Of a DNA stretch of 64,000 nucleotides, positions 19,089 through 31,927 are shown in pieces (position 1 is the first letter of the stretch; each line of letters opens with the position of its first letter). This DNA comes from Thermodesulfobacteriota bacterium (GTDB lineage Bacteria; Desulfobacterota_D; UBA1144; Nemesobacterales; JAJCZQ01). The DNA lies in the NCBI GenBank assembly GCA_965215275.1, contig OZ244044.1, positions 384,001 to 448,000 on the forward strand, read 5' to 3'. The notes under the pieces were generated by a model that saw only the letters and a list, made by a program, of their open reading frames with translations, ran no database searches and had not been told where the DNA came from. The position numbers were made by a program, and so were the translations under genes.

Positions 19089-19412
19089 TTACAGCTTGTC
19101 AATGTCCATCAAAGCATCTTCAAATTCATCTGCCATTCCCGGATGACCATGTCTTTTTGCCGCGTGGATCCCTTTCTTATATGCTTCCTTTGCCAGCTCC
19201 GTTTTTCCGGTCTCCATATAGGATTCTGCCAAAAGCCTGTATCCTGCTCCTTCGTCGCTGTATGAACTTAGATAATATAAAAGCTGTTTTATGGCATTTT
19301 CATAATCGCTGAACTTGAAGTATTCGTTTGCAATTGAATACCTTATCAGGGAATTCCCGGGATTTTTTTCCAGCATCCTTTTAAACTGTTCAAGCCTGTT
19401 TTGCTTATTCAT
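19089..19412 (-). CDS. Small TPR-repeat protein
   Basis: NPGNSLIRYSIANEY...YRLLAESY...AKEAYKKGI TPR pattern. Confidence 0.8.
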   Translation of the reverse strand: MNKQNRLEQFKRMLEKNPGNSLIRYSIANEYFKFSDYENAIKQLLYYLSSYSDEGAGYRLLAESYMETGKTELAKEAYKKGIHAAKRHGHPGMADEFEDALMDIDKL

Positions 19413-19608
19413 TGGTGAATATACTTTACCATAAGAAGGTATTTACAGAAAAGGAACTGTTGTTATATGTAGGTCTATCTGCTGGCAACCGTTGTCGGTC
19501 CGTATTTTTTTAGTTTTATCAAGTTTTCAGATTTGTATTATTTACAGTTACAGGTTATCATATAAAGCTAACTAAACGTAAAAAGGTGTATACGTATAGA
19601 TTAAAAAA

Positions 19609-20300
19609 GGGAATTATATAAAATAGTAAACAAGGTATCAACAGGAACAGGATAATGTATAGAGATAATTAAGGTTTTCACTTGATAAACCGGCAGTTTG
19701 AGTTCATGGGGATGTTCCCTGGCAAGAGGTCAGCGGAAAAACGGTTTGAAAGGCCGTTATGTAGAGACGGGAGATATTGGCGTCAGTGTCCGAAGTGGCA
19801 GTATAACGGCAACGGGTAATATATCGTTTCAGGAAAAGGTTATTGGCAGTATACCTGACAACCGCAGGTTTGAAGGTATTGTCCGGTCGTAAAACGGGAA
19901 GGTATACGGGAACTGTGCAGAAAACGGGTCGGTTTTTTCCGCACGGGACAGGAAAGGGTCTGAAGAGCAGTCTGATTATCATTTAAAGTAACAGAAGGAA
20001 CACGGGGAGGAAGCAGAAAGGCAAAGTCATCAGGAACAGACGGGAGGGTCATGGTAAAGGCAACTAAAACCATAAAAAGTGAGGCATCATAAGGTATGAC
20101 GGACGGAAGTGCATGTCCATACAAAGGGACAGAAAGTTTCCGGTCTGCGTTGCAAGAGGTTTTGCAGGAATGTATCACAAGACGTCAGGGAAACATTTAC
20201 AAAGATGTACAGATGAGCATGCAGGAAGGCGTAACAACGGAGCATTGCCGACCGTGGATCAGGTCGAAGACATGATCAGGGGGTCGCGTGGCAATAGAGA
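19609..20300 (+). pseudogene. Decayed IS1595 element
   Basis: Starts GGGAATTATATA; fragment MYHKTSGKHLQRCTDEHAGRRN aligns with VYHKMSKKHLQRYVDEYAGRHN of IS-2; frame broken. Confidence 0.75.
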
Positions 20301-20381
20301 TCAAATACTGTTGATGAATGATCCCTACATCCTGAATTATTTTTATCATTGCAAGAAAGGTAAAGAAAAAGAAATTCATAC

Positions 20382-20538
20382 TTGACATTCGTTCATAATA
20401 CAAAGTAAAATATCAATGTTATGAAAAGATCAAATATAAAAAAGCGTATCTCCATTACCCCCCCCCCCGTGTATACCAGACCTTTCAGTTGTACACGGGT
20501 ATCCTGCAATGACAATGCCTGAGCTTATCCCCCCCCCC
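20382..20538 (+). promoter_or_regulatory. Promoter TTGACA-N18-TAAAAT, ATG 20421, and two poly-C tracts (C11 20458..20468; C10 20529..20538)
   Basis: Read directly; ATG 20421 hits TGA at 20520. Confidence 0.75.
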
Positions 20539-23500
20539 ATCAACGTCATAGTTTAACGGGCAGTTCCCGCCGGAACGGCAGACGGTTCATACTTTCCCTT
20601 GTCCTTTTTCTTCTGTGTTTTATATCCGTTGATACAAGGGGACAGGGCAGCATAAAGGACCCGTTCTCCGGATGCAGGGGCGTCAGTGCAGATACGGAAG
20701 ATCCGCTGTACGGGTGTCAGTGGCATCTGAAGAACACGGGGCAGCTTGGTTTTTCCGGAAAAGCAGTAACAGCAGGAGAAGATATAAACATAGAGGGAGT
20801 GTGGAACGAAGACGTATATGGTTCTGGAATTAACGTAGCAGTAGTAAGTAATGGAATAGACCTTTCACATGAGGACCTTTCTGCAAACGTCCGTTCCGGA
20901 CTGAACTGGAGTTATTCCGAAGAAAACAGTTCTGAAAGCGGTGACCTGTCTGATATTTCATCCTTTACCGGAACACGAGCGGCAGGTGTAATAGCAGCTT
21001 CTGGATATAACGGACTGGGAGTAAGAGGAACTGCACCTGGTGCGAGTATATACAGTTATAAGTTAACTGATGATATCAGGGAAGCGGACGCAATGGATGC
21101 AAGGGATGCAATGGTCCGTAATAAGGAAATAACTGCAGTATCGGTTAACGACTGGGGACCGGAAGATAAATATTCTCTTCATCAGGCATCATCTGTCTGG
21201 GAAGAAGGAGTGGAACTTGGAATAAAGAAAGGGTTTTATGGGAAAGGAGTGTTTTACGTCCGGGGAGCAGGGGACGGGCACGAGAATAACGATCAGGCTA
21301 ATTTTTCTGAATATTCTAATTACTACGGAGTAACTGCCGTTTGTTCAACGGACGGCTTTGGAAAAAAGAGTGTATTTTCAGAAGAGGGAGTAAATCTATG
21401 GGTATGTGCACCTGGTTCTGATATTGTAACCACTGATAACAACAACGAATACGTTGTAACTTCCGGAACATTTCTTTCAGCTTCACAGGTTGCAGGGGTG
21501 GCAGCACTGCTGAGAGAGGTTAATGGAGAACTGAGCTGGAGGGATATAAAGCTTATACTTGCGGGTTCAGCACGGCAGAACGACGTTTCTGATATTAGCT
21601 GGGAGACTGGAGCTGTTAAATACGGCTCTGACACGGAAAGATATAAATATAATCCTAAGTATGGTTTTGGCGTGGTAGACGCGGAAGCAGCTGTAGAACT
21701 TGCCAGAAGCTGGAAAGGCGTTGGTGAAATGAGAACCATTACAGCTTCTTCCGATAATGAACTGACAATTCCTGATGGAGAAGGAGAAGCAGATGGGGTC
21801 CTTGTCTCCAGACTTATGATACCGGACATGGAAGAAATATTTACGGAATTCGTTGAGGTTGAACTTGTTTTTTCTCATGACCGATTACCGGACCTTAACA
21901 TACAGATAACCTCTCCTTCCGGGACAGTATCGGAACTTGTAAGGGAGTTTTCAGTTGAGGAAGAAGACGCTGAGATCAGTTACCTGAGAAGAACACATCG
22001 TTTCGGGTCGGCTAAGCACCTCGGAGAAGACCCTTCCGGAGAATGGACCTTAAAGATATCTGATACTGCTTCCGGAGATGGAGAAGATGGGACCTTACAC
22101 TCCTGGAGCATTAAGGTATACGGGCATAAGAAGGGGGATACCGCTGCAGACCTTGCTAAGGAGATAACTACTAAAGCTTTAAATTGGGGCGGACAGACAG
22201 TTCAGGATCAGGTGTACAGAGTAGGAACTCAGATAGCACCGTTACAGCTGCCTGAGGCGACCGGGGCAGAAGGAATAACGTACAGTATAAAGCCTGGTTT
22301 ACCTGCTGGGCTGGAGTTTAACGATACCACCAGAGTTATAAGCGGAACCCCAACTAAATCGCAGTCTAATGAACGTTATCAAATTGTTGCCAGAGACGCA
22401 GACGGGAACGTGAAGGGTTTAGCGTTCCATATAAGGATAAGGTTCCGTAACTCCACGGTACCGAGTTTCAGCGATACCATCCCGGATCAGAACTATGTAA
22501 CGGGGAGATCAATAACGCCACTGGTGTTCCCTCGTGCAACGGGAGGGGATGGTCAGTTAAGGTACACTTTTGACGGCACTTTAACTAACTTACCAAATGG
22601 ATTGAGCCTTTCCAGGAATCCGTTCAGGATAATTGGAACACCAGGTAGTGGTAGTGCGGGGACAAGTACCTGGCAATATACCGCTACTGACACAGACGGG
22701 GATACTGCTACACTTGAGTTCAGGATAAGGATAAGAGCTGCAGCTGACGTTCCGGACTTCGGCGATACGCAGGTGAGGGATCAGACGTTTGGTAACGGCA
22801 GACCAATAAGGCTGGGAATGCCTGTGGCAGATGGCGGGAATGGAAATTTAAATTACAGTATAACTCCTGCCTTGCCTGCTGGATTGACCTTTACCAGCAA
22901 CAACCGACAGATAAGCGGGACATTGAACGTTGCTCCAAATATGCTGCCTCTGACTGAAACCTATACCTACAAGGTAACTGACTCTGACTTGGATATTGAT
23001 GACGGTGATTCTGATACTCTGACCTTCTCTTATACGATAGAAGCTAATTCAGTGCCGAGTTTCAGCGAGACTATCCCTGATCAGACATATGTTCAAGGGA
23101 CATCGGCAAACCTTCCGGTAACGCTGCCTGAGGCAACGGGAGGTAATGGAACGGTAAGCTACAGCCTGACCCCTGTTCGTTTACCAGCCGGACTGGACTT
23201 TGATGAAAACACCCGGGTTATAAGCGGAACACCAACCGAGACCATAGCTGCTCCTGGTCGAACTTACACGTATAGGGCAAGGGACGATGATCTGGACACG
23301 GGTACTCGCACCTTCTCTATTACGATAACGGCCCTGTCCTTTGACGGGCAGGTATCTTCTCCTGTTTTGTACCTGGCAGAAAGACCAGTAACACCATTAA
23401 CGCTGCCTGCTGCTACGGGAGGTACTGCTCCGTATACCTACAGTCTGACCCCTGCCCCACCTGCCGGATTGACCTTTGACAGAACCACCCGGGTTATAAG

Positions 23501-24581
23501 CGGAACACCGACTGCTGCAACGCCTTTGAAGACCTATACGTATACCGTTACAGACGGTAACGGAACTGCGGTGGAGGTGATGTTCGATCTTGCCGTAAGA
23601 GCACACTTTTCAGGCGTTGAGATACAAGGCAAGGTGTATACGGTCGGGACGGCAGTAATGGAAACGCTGCCTGAGGCAACTGGACATAATGGAACGGTAA
23701 CGTACAGTTTAACTCCTGTTTTATCTTCTATTGGATTGAGTTTTGATCCTGCTACCCGGGTTATAAGCGGAACACCGACTGCTACACAGAATGCGAGGAC
23801 CTATACGTATACTGCTACTACCGGTGCAGGTGGACCTGCTCGAACTTTGATGTTCCATATCACTGTAAGAAATGAACCCAACACAATACCGAGTTTCGGC
23901 GGTGAGATGATAGAGGATAAGGAATACATAGCAGGAATTCCGATAACACCGTTCGTGCTGCCTGAGGCAACGGGAGGGAATGGAAACTTAACTTACAGTT
24001 TAACGCCTGGTTTACCTGATGGACTGGATTTTAACGAAACCACCAGAACTATAAGCGGGACACCGACTGCTGCAACGTCTGAGACTGATCATACATGGAG
24101 CGCTGCTGACGAGGATAATGAAATGGAAGGGTTAACGTTCAGTATAACAGTGGAAGAGGACAGCAGACCGGAATTTGGCAGTGATATGATAGAAGTTCAT
24201 GTGTACAGTGGGAGTCCAATAAGGCTTCCTGCTGCAACGGGAGGGAATGCACCGTTAAGATACAGTATAATGCCTCCCTTACCTCCTGAATTGAGATTGA
24301 ACGAAACCACCGGAAGGATAAGTGGCACACCCAGGAGTGCATCAACAAGAACTTACATGTATACGGTAACGGACAGGAATGGAGATACAGATGATGTGAG
24401 TTTCATGCTCAGTGTAACGGTTCCACCACCAACGTCAGGTAATGGCGGAGGTGGAGGAGGATGTGCCGTCTCGGATCAGAGCAGCGCTGCTTCTGATATT
24501 TTCGGAGCAGTGGCATGTCTGATGCTTATACCCGTGTCAGTAGTTATCAGAAGGAAAAGAAGATCTCGGATAAATGCATAG
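20421..24581 (+). CDS. Paralog B: dead S8 + P + Ig repeats + anchor; phase-OFF as assembled (frame open from 20523, ORF track start 20799)
   Basis: VAVVSNG / TGTRAAG / SGTFLSA; signal peptide RRFILSLVLFLLCFISVDTRG is in frame upstream of 20799 but has no in-frame start. Confidence 0.85.
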
Positions 24582-24596
24582 CAATGAGGTCCTTTC
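22716..24596. repeat. Inverted-repeat arm (partner 13704..15584)
   Basis: Reverse complement of the 3' half of A. Confidence 0.92.
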
Positions 24597-25114
24597 AGGG
24601 ACGTTCATGAGAGAGGACCGCGTAATGGTCCTCCCCTGTACCCGTTCGCTTAACGTAAAGGCAGCGTTACCGCGCACTGGACCGTCCCTGTATTCTGATG
24701 AGACGACAGGATAAGCAGAGGAAGGCATCAGCACGGGTGATCTTCCGAACGTTCCGTTTACTGAGGTATACCGTTCCCCGTTATAATCCCGTTGTCAGCG
24801 TTCCCGGCAGGATACCTTTACAGGGAAAGGGAGCAGGTAGATATAAAGGCAGGTACATGTCCGGGGATCAGTCCTGAAGGTCTGAAAAGGTTCCGTATCG
24901 TGTAATTTCAGCCACGGGGAGGCGTTCACGGTTCCTGGAACGGGAGGACTTCAACGTCCTGGACACGCGGACGTCCCGACGTCAGGGAAAGAGGTCGGAC
25001 CTGACCGCCCGTTGTCTGCAAGAGGACCCCGTCAGGTCAGCAAAAAAAGTGCAGAGACGCCGAAGGGGTTCCCGGAAAACGCCTAGGACAGGGATGAACG
25101 TCCCTGAAAGGAAC

Positions 25115-28100
25115 TCATTGCCAGGTCCTTATCCGAGCTCTTTCCTTCCTTCTGATCAATACCGACACGGGTATAAGTATCAGACATGCCATTACTCCAG
25201 GAATATCATAAGCAACACTGCTCTGATCTGATACAGCACATCCTCCTCCACCTCCGCCTGGATCACTACCTGACGTTCTTGTTGGTCCTGGTCCTGGAGT
25301 AGAAGGAACCTCTGCACTGAACCTGAAGGTCAACTCTTTCATGTCTCCATTCCTGTCCGTTACCGTGTACGTGTAGGTCCTCTCAGACGACGCACTCGCG
25401 GGCGTCCCGCTTATTATCCCTGTGTTTCTGTCCAATCTCAACCCAGGAGGTAAGGGAGGCGTTATACTGTATACTAACGGTGCATTCCCTCCCGTTGCTA
25501 CCGGCAACCTTATTGATCTCCCCATGTACACCTGATCTTCTATCGTCGTCACGCTGAAGTCCGGTTCGCTGTCTTCTTCCACTGTAATACTGAACTCCAG
25601 TTCATCTGTATCATTATCTGCGTCCGTTACTGTATACGTGTAATCAGTCTCAGACGTTGCAGTAGTCGGTGTTCCGCTTATAACTTGTGTAGCAGGGGTA
25701 AAATCCAATCCGGCAGGTAAGGCAGGAGTTAAACTGTAAGTTAATGGTGCATTCCCTGACGTTGCCACAGGCAGTGTTTTTTCCATTACTGCTTCTCCGT
25801 TTATATACACCTTGTTATCTATAGTTTCACTCCCGAAGCTTGGTTCTGTGTCAGGTTCTGCTCTTACTGTGATATTGAACGTCTTTGAGTTCTTAAATCC
25901 ATCTGTGTCAGTTACCGTATAAGTATAAGTGCTTCTGGAAGTTGCAGTATCTGGAGTTCCACTTATCTCTCGGGTGGCAGGGGTAAAATCCAGTCCGGAA
26001 GGTAAATTGGGAGTTAAACTGTACGTTAACGTTCCATTATGTCCATCTGCTGCAGGCAGCACTTCTGTTACTTCTGTACCGGTTAAATACACCTTATCAT
26101 TTATCACAGCACTTGTGAAGAGTGCTCTTACAGCAATATCGAACATCAATTCAGCCGTATGTCCGTTATTGTCAGTAACGGTATACGTATAGGTAGTCCT
26201 GGGCGTTGCAGTAGTTGGTGTCCCGCGTATAGCTCTGTCATTAGAGTTATACGCTAATCCGGCTGGTAATACAGGAGTAACACTGTATATATATGGAGGA
26301 GTACCTCCCGTTGCAGCAGGCAACGAATTACTCGTTAGAGTGGGTATTGATGATAATGCATTTGCTATTAATGTATAAAAATCAGTAAAAGACCCACCGT
26401 CAAAGGCCAGGTCCGTTATAGTAATAGAGAAAGTAATACTGTCAGAATCACCGTCATCATCAGTTACCTTGTAGGTATAAGTTTGAGTTACAGGTAATCC
26501 ACTTGGAGAAACGTCGAGCGTTCCACTTAACGTTCTGGTGTTTTCGTTATAATCCAATCCATTAATTTTAATTGGATCACCTATACTATTAGTTAAACTG
26601 TAATTTAAAGTTCCATCCCCTCCCGTTGCAGCAGGCAGGGTTAACGTTACTGCTCTGCCGTTACTCCACACCTGATCTTCTACCGTCTCACTGCCGAAGC
26701 TTGGTCCAGTGTAAGCTGTTATCGTTATATGGAATTGACGGGTGCGGAAAAAACCCTGGGGACTTGAATCTGTTGCCACATATACAACATTGGTCACACC
26801 CACAGTAGTTGGTACCCCACTTAACACTCTGGTGTCACGATCAAATTCCAATCCATTAGGTAGAGGGTGAGTAAAAGCAAATCTATAATTATATGGAGCG
26901 GTCCCTCCCGTTGCTTCAGGCATCACTTCACTTACTAGTCTACCTTGTTCGTAGACCTTGTCACTAATAAGTGGCAAGGTTGTTATTTTAGTAGTTATCT
27001 CCTTGCCACGGTCTGATAAAAAAACATGCCCGTAGACCCTGATGCTCCATGAGTGTAAGGTCCCGGTATTTTCTGAATTTTCTGCTTCTCCATCTCCGGA
27101 AGCAGTATCGGATATTTTAAGGGTCCATTCTCCGGAAGGGTCTTCTCCGAGGTGTTTAGCCGACCCGAAACGATGTGTTCTTCTCAGGTAACTGATCTCA
27201 GCGCCTTCTTCCTCCCCTGAAAACTCCCTTACAAGTTCCGATACTGTCCCGGAAGGAGAGGTTATCTGTATATTGAGGTCCTGTAAGCGGTCATGAGAAA
27301 AAACAAGTTCTACCTCAACGAATTCCGTAAATATTTCCTCCAGGTCCGGTATCACAAGTCCGGAGGTAAGTACCCCGTCCGCTTCTCCATCTCCATTTTC
27401 TTCTCCATCAGGGATCGTCAGTTCATTATCTGAAGAAGCTGTAACGGTCCTCATCTCTCCAACGCCTTTCCAGTTTCTGGCAAGTTCTGCGGCTGCTTCC
27501 GCGTCTACCACGCCAAAACCATACCTGGGACTATATTTATATCTTTCCACGTCAGAACCGTATTTAACAGCTCCGGTCTCCCAGCTCATGTCAAAAAAAT
27601 CGTTCTGCCGTGCTGAACCCGCAAGTATAAGCTTTATATCCCTCCAGCTCAGCTGCCCGTTTATCTCTCTCAGCAGTGCTGCCACTCCTGCAACCTGTGA
27701 AGCTGACAGGAACGTTCCGGAAGTTACGGTGTAGCCACCACCGTTATCCGTGGTCACGATATCAGAACCAGGTGCACATACCCATAGATTTACTCCCTCT
27801 TCTGAAAAAATACTCTTCTTTCCAAAACCGTCAGTTGAACAAACGGCCGTTACTCCGTAATAGCTGGAATATTCATTAAAATTAGCCTGATCTCCGCTCT
27901 CATGCCCGTCCCCTGCTCCCCGGACGTAAAACACTCCTTTCCCGTAAAACCCTTTACTTATTCCAAGTTCCAATCCTTCTTCCCAGGAAGATGAAGCCTC
28001 CTGAAAAAAAGCTCCGTCCTCAGATCCCCGGCCGTTAACAGATACTGCGGTTATTTCTTTATTACGGACCACCGCGTCCGCTTCACTGAGATCACCGGAT

Positions 28101-28736
28101 AACCTGTAACTGTATATACTCGCACCGGGTGCTACTCCTCTTGTTCCCAGTCCGTTATATCCAGTAGCTGCAATTACACCTGCCGCTCGTGTTCCGGTAA
28201 AGGATGAACCGTCAGAAAGATCAACGCTTTCTGAACTGCTTTCTTCAGAACTGTTTTTTTCAGAATAACTCCAGTTCAGACCGGAACGGACGTTCGCAGA
28301 AAGGTCCTCATGTGAAAGGTCCATTCCATTACTTACAACTGCTATATTAATCCCGGAACCGTATACGTCATCGTTCCACACTCCCTCTATATTTATATCT
28401 TCTCCTGCAGTTATTTCCTTTCCTGAATAACTTAACTGCCCAGTGTTCTTCAGATGCCACTGACATCCGTATAACGGATCTTCCGTTTCTGTACTGATAC
28501 CTCTGCATTCAGATAACGTTTCTTCTAAGCTGCTCTGCCCTTTTGCAGCTATTACCAGTATAAACAGAAGAAATAAGACTAAAGAAAGGATTGACTTAGA
28601 TGGGGGGGGGTATTATCTTAAACATTTTTCTTATAAAATACTTATACCAGACTGAAAGTTCACGTATACACGGGGGGGGGGTAATGGAACTGCGTGTTTT
28701 TGTTTTTATGTTTGGATTTTTCATGAAATTTTTCAT
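25115..28736 (-). CDS. Paralog C: dead S8 + P + Ig repeats + anchor; phase-OFF as assembled (ORF track start 28381)
   Basis: IAVVSNG / TGTRAAG / SGTFLSA; ATG 28736 reads through C10 (28672..28681) and stops just after C9 (28602..28610); signal PSKSILSLVLFLLFILVIAAKG is in the main frame. Confidence 0.85.
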
Positions 28737-28745
28737 AACACTGAT

Positions 28746-28775
28746 ATTTTACTTCGTATTATGAACGAATGTCAA
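28746..28775 (-). promoter_or_regulatory. Promoter TTGACA-N18-TAAAAT for paralog C
   Basis: Read directly; about 155 bp further upstream is homologous to 17636..17790. Confidence 0.72.
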
Positions 28776-29061
28776 GTGTAATTTCCTTTTCTTTCCTTTC
28801 CTGCAATGACAATGATATTCAGGATGCACGGATCATTCCCTTTTTTTTCCCGTTCACTGTAACTTGCGGTATTCAGTTCCCACTGATAATAATAAAGGGT
28901 AAAATACAGCCTGTCAACCGTTCAGGGTAATCCAAAAAATATGTATAAGAATGAATAAAGAAAACAATACCAGGACCTCCGATCAATGTAGAGTTTGGCC
29001 GCCGTACCTGCAATACCGACCGGTAGATCATCAAAGGGCCTGAAAGTAAACAAAAGCAAGA

Positions 29062-30558
29062 TCAGAACCTGATCGTAAGATCGACCGTGTAGATCACTTT
29101 TGTGTTATCATCAGAGGTCCCCTTCAGTGGAAAGCTGAACGAAAATCCCGGGGAGAACCTTTTTCCCAGCCTCATTCCGCCCCCAAGGAAAATATCGGTC
29201 TTTTTGAACGTGTCGGCAGTAACGGTGGTTATCCCGTTGAACTCGCCGAATATCACTGTACTGGCAGGACCGTAGGGAAGGGAAACACCAGCTGCCGAGT
29301 TGTAAGCAAGCCTCGTTTCGATACCGTCGCCTTCAAGTCCTCTGGCACGAGTGACCATCTGCACGCCAAAGTTGTTATGAACGCTCAGCCATTTATGATG
29401 GTGCAAGGTCGATACATAGGGTGTAAACGTCAAGGCCTTTCTGAGATAAAGCGGAAAATCCCTCTTGCTGCTGTCAACGATGGCCTTCAGTCTGCCAACG
29501 TTATCCTTGTAAGCCAGCGGCAGTACCGCGTCCATACCAACGGTATAGACCGAGCTGTTCATCTCGTATACTACCGTCTTGCCCCCAATGGTCATATTAG
29601 CCAGTTCAAACCCGTTATGAATATCCTGTTCAGCGACGTTAAGGTCGTTGACCCCCACATGTGAAAACCTGACGTAAGCACTGTATAAATTACTTTCAGA
29701 GGGAAATTCCGCTTTTGTATGATAAAAAATAAACTCTGCGTTATTCAGGTCCCTGTTCAGATCGGCAACTTCCATGAACGCACGGAAATACCCCATCGGT
29801 AACGCCGGTTCAAACAGGACCGGATAACCGTACCTAACGGACCTCTGCCTGGACCTTGAGAGCACGGACTGGAAAGTCCCGCTGAACTCGTACTGGCCCG
29901 TAAGCGGGTTAAAGAGAACGACCTTTCTGTTGTCAACGAAGTTCCTCATGGGATTGAGTATATGGGCGGCAACCTTTGCAGCTCTGCCGTCTTTGTTGTA
30001 AAACCAGTCAGATATCCGTTCCAGTCCATACCCCAATGGTACCCCCAGCAAAGGGGTTGCTATAAGATCGGACATGGACGGGGTTTCGACCAGCCCCTCC
30101 ACGGTGTATTCAAAGAGCGTGCTCTGTACCGCTGAACCCAGCGCCGCAACCCACAGTTCATGCTCCATCTGACGGTAATATAAAAAGGACACCAGTCCGG
30201 CAAACGGATGCACCATATAGTTGGTAAAGAACGGATCACCATCGTCCGAGACCGGCTGGCGGCTTATGCTATCCCTCCACTTGGATAATGAAGTATCAAT
30301 TATCCTCGCGTCCTTGTTGCGTACGTAAAAGAACCTGAACGCCCATATGGCCGAGTAGTAGATCGCCGTGTCCCTGATAAAGTCCCTTATTCCAAGGGCA
30401 CCTTCTTCACCCGCGTCATACAGCAGATCAGATGAATAGTGATCAAATTCGTGTCCGTCCGTGTTACGGTCTGAAGGAAGGATCTCCCGTGCATGAAGCC
30501 CGGACAAACCGGAACAGGTTATAACAACGACTAATAAAAGCAGGATAAGGCGGTTCAT
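29062..30558 (-). CDS. DUF3943-domain exported/outer-membrane protein
   Basis: DGDPFFTNYMVHPFAG...STLFEYTVEG...PSMSDLIATP; signal peptide from ATG 30558; C-terminal Phe. Confidence 0.7.
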   Translation of the reverse strand: MNRLILLLLVVVITCSGLSGLHAREILPSDRNTDGHEFDHYSSDLLYDAGEEGALGIRDFIRDTAIYYSAIWAFRFFYVRNKDARIIDTSLSKWRDSISRQPVSDDGDPFFTNYMVHPFAGLVSFLYYRQMEHELWVAALGSAVQSTLFEYTVEGLVETPSMSDLIATPLLGVPLGYGLERISDWFYNKDGRAAKVAAHILNPMRNFVDNRKVVLFNPLTGQYEFSGTFQSVLSRSRQRSVRYGYPVLFEPALPMGYFRAFMEVADLNRDLNNAEFIFYHTKAEFPSESNLYSAYVRFSHVGVNDLNVAEQDIHNGFELANMTIGGKTVVYEMNSSVYTVGMDAVLPLAYKDNVGRLKAIVDSSKRDFPLYLRKALTFTPYVSTLHHHKWLSVHNNFGVQMVTRARGLEGDGIETRLAYNSAAGVSLPYGPASTVIFGEFNGITTVTADTFKKTDIFLGGGMRLGKRFSPGFSFSFPLKGTSDDNTKVIYTVDLTIRF

Positions 30559-30639
30559 ATCGCAGGTCCGTTCCGTTATTGGTATAGTATGGGTATTGGC
30601 GGTTTTAAAAAACTCTGCAAAGTATAGTGAAAAACTCAA

Positions 30640-31782
30640 TTAATTCAATTCAAAGATCTTTTTTACACGAGCTTCCCACGTGTAGCTGAGCACTTCCGAT
30701 AAGGCGTTCTCGGACAGCTTCCTGGAATAATCCCGGTCGGTCAGGACCAGGTCCAGCTTCCTGCAGAAAGAATCAAGGTCGCCTGCCTCGAAAAGGGACG
30801 CCGTTCTTCCATCTTCAAGCACTTCGGTTATGGTGGGCAGCGCACTTGAGACAATGGGCCTGCCTGCCGCCATGTATTCAAAGAGCTTCATCGGAGAGGT
30901 GAATTCAGCGGCTTTCGTTCCACCCTTTATGGTCACGTCAGAAGAATAAGGAATGACCAGCACGTCCGATGCCTTCAGGTACTTCGGGACTTCCGTATGG
31001 GGAACAAAGCCCTTTACAAGGAAATTATCCGCACCTTTTTCCCTGGATATCGCTGCGTACCCGTCGTTATCGACCTCCCTTCCGCCCACGACCAGAAAAA
31101 CAAGGTCTTTAAACCTCAGGGCGGCGTCTATCAGCATTTCGACCCCCCTGCCGCTGTACGTGTTACCGCAGTAGCAGACTATCCTTGCATCAGCGGGCAG
31201 TCCGAGCGATCTCCTGAGCTGGAAAAGCGGCTCGTCCATATTATATCTTTCAACCTCAACTCCGTTGTGAGAAACGACCAGTTTTTCCTCGTTCAGTCCT
31301 TCCTTGAGATAAATGCTTGCAAGCCCTCTGGAATTAGACGCAAGCTTAAGCAGATTGTCAGAATCCTTGAAACTCTGGAACATCTTTCGTGCGGCAACGT
31401 TAACCGGTGGATGGTGCGCGTCGTATATGGTAGGAATACCGAACAGCCTGGTCGCCAGGCAGGTAAAGATGATATTCGTGGTAAGTACCAGATCGAACCT
31501 GTTCTTCCTGATCCGGCAGTAGACCGCACTTGCAACGCCGTGAAGTACCTGACGACCTATCAGGTTCGTGTATGGAACGGCAGTGATCTTGAATCTCTCG
31601 GTAATACCATAGTAATCAAAAATATCCCTGCTGCTGTCGTAACCCGGAAAGATCAGCTCGATATCAAAACCCAGGTTCTTCATTGCCTGGCACATCTTCA
31701 TAATATATATTGAACTTGCACCCTTGGAAAAAAGCTCTGGACTTCCAACGTAAAATACCCTTGGTCTTTTCATATCAATCAA
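30640..31782 (-). CDS. Glycosyltransferase family 4
   Basis: SPMKLFEYMAAGRPIVSS and YTWEAR motifs. Confidence 0.92.
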   Translation of the reverse strand: MIDMKRPRVFYVGSPELFSKGASSIYIMKMCQAMKNLGFDIELIFPGYDSSRDIFDYYGITERFKITAVPYTNLIGRQVLHGVASAVYCRIRKNRFDLVLTTNIIFTCLATRLFGIPTIYDAHHPPVNVAARKMFQSFKDSDNLLKLASNSRGLASIYLKEGLNEEKLVVSHNGVEVERYNMDEPLFQLRRSLGLPADARIVCYCGNTYSGRGVEMLIDAALRFKDLVFLVVGGREVDNDGYAAISREKGADNFLVKGFVPHTEVPKYLKASDVLVIPYSSDVTIKGGTKAAEFTSPMKLFEYMAAGRPIVSSALPTITEVLEDGRTASLFEAGDLDSFCRKLDLVLTDRDYSRKLSENALSEVLSYTWEARVKKIFELN

Positions 31783-31867
31783 ACAGGGAGTGGAGAAATT
31801 GTATTGGTTTGTTCATCAACAATATAATAAACTATAGTGGTGTTTTTAAAAAACTAAAAAGCTGAAA

Positions 31868-31927
31868 AGTATCAATGAGTATCAATGAGTATCAATGAGT
31901 ATCAATGAGTATCAATGAATATCAATG
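31868..31927 (+). repeat. 10-bp tandem repeat AGTATCAATG x6 ending in the hisS start codon
   Basis: Five perfect units plus AATATCAATG. Confidence 0.95.

Noticed and set aside
18978..19265. 95-aa plus-strand ORF after the HAD gene, and other short antisense ORFs in metH, rpoD, the GT4 gene and others
   Set aside because: They overlap well-supported genes on the opposite strand and show no motifs
24690..24730. Hammerhead-like CTGATGAG core in the B/C intergenic region
   Set aside because: No correctly placed GAAA or supporting stems found
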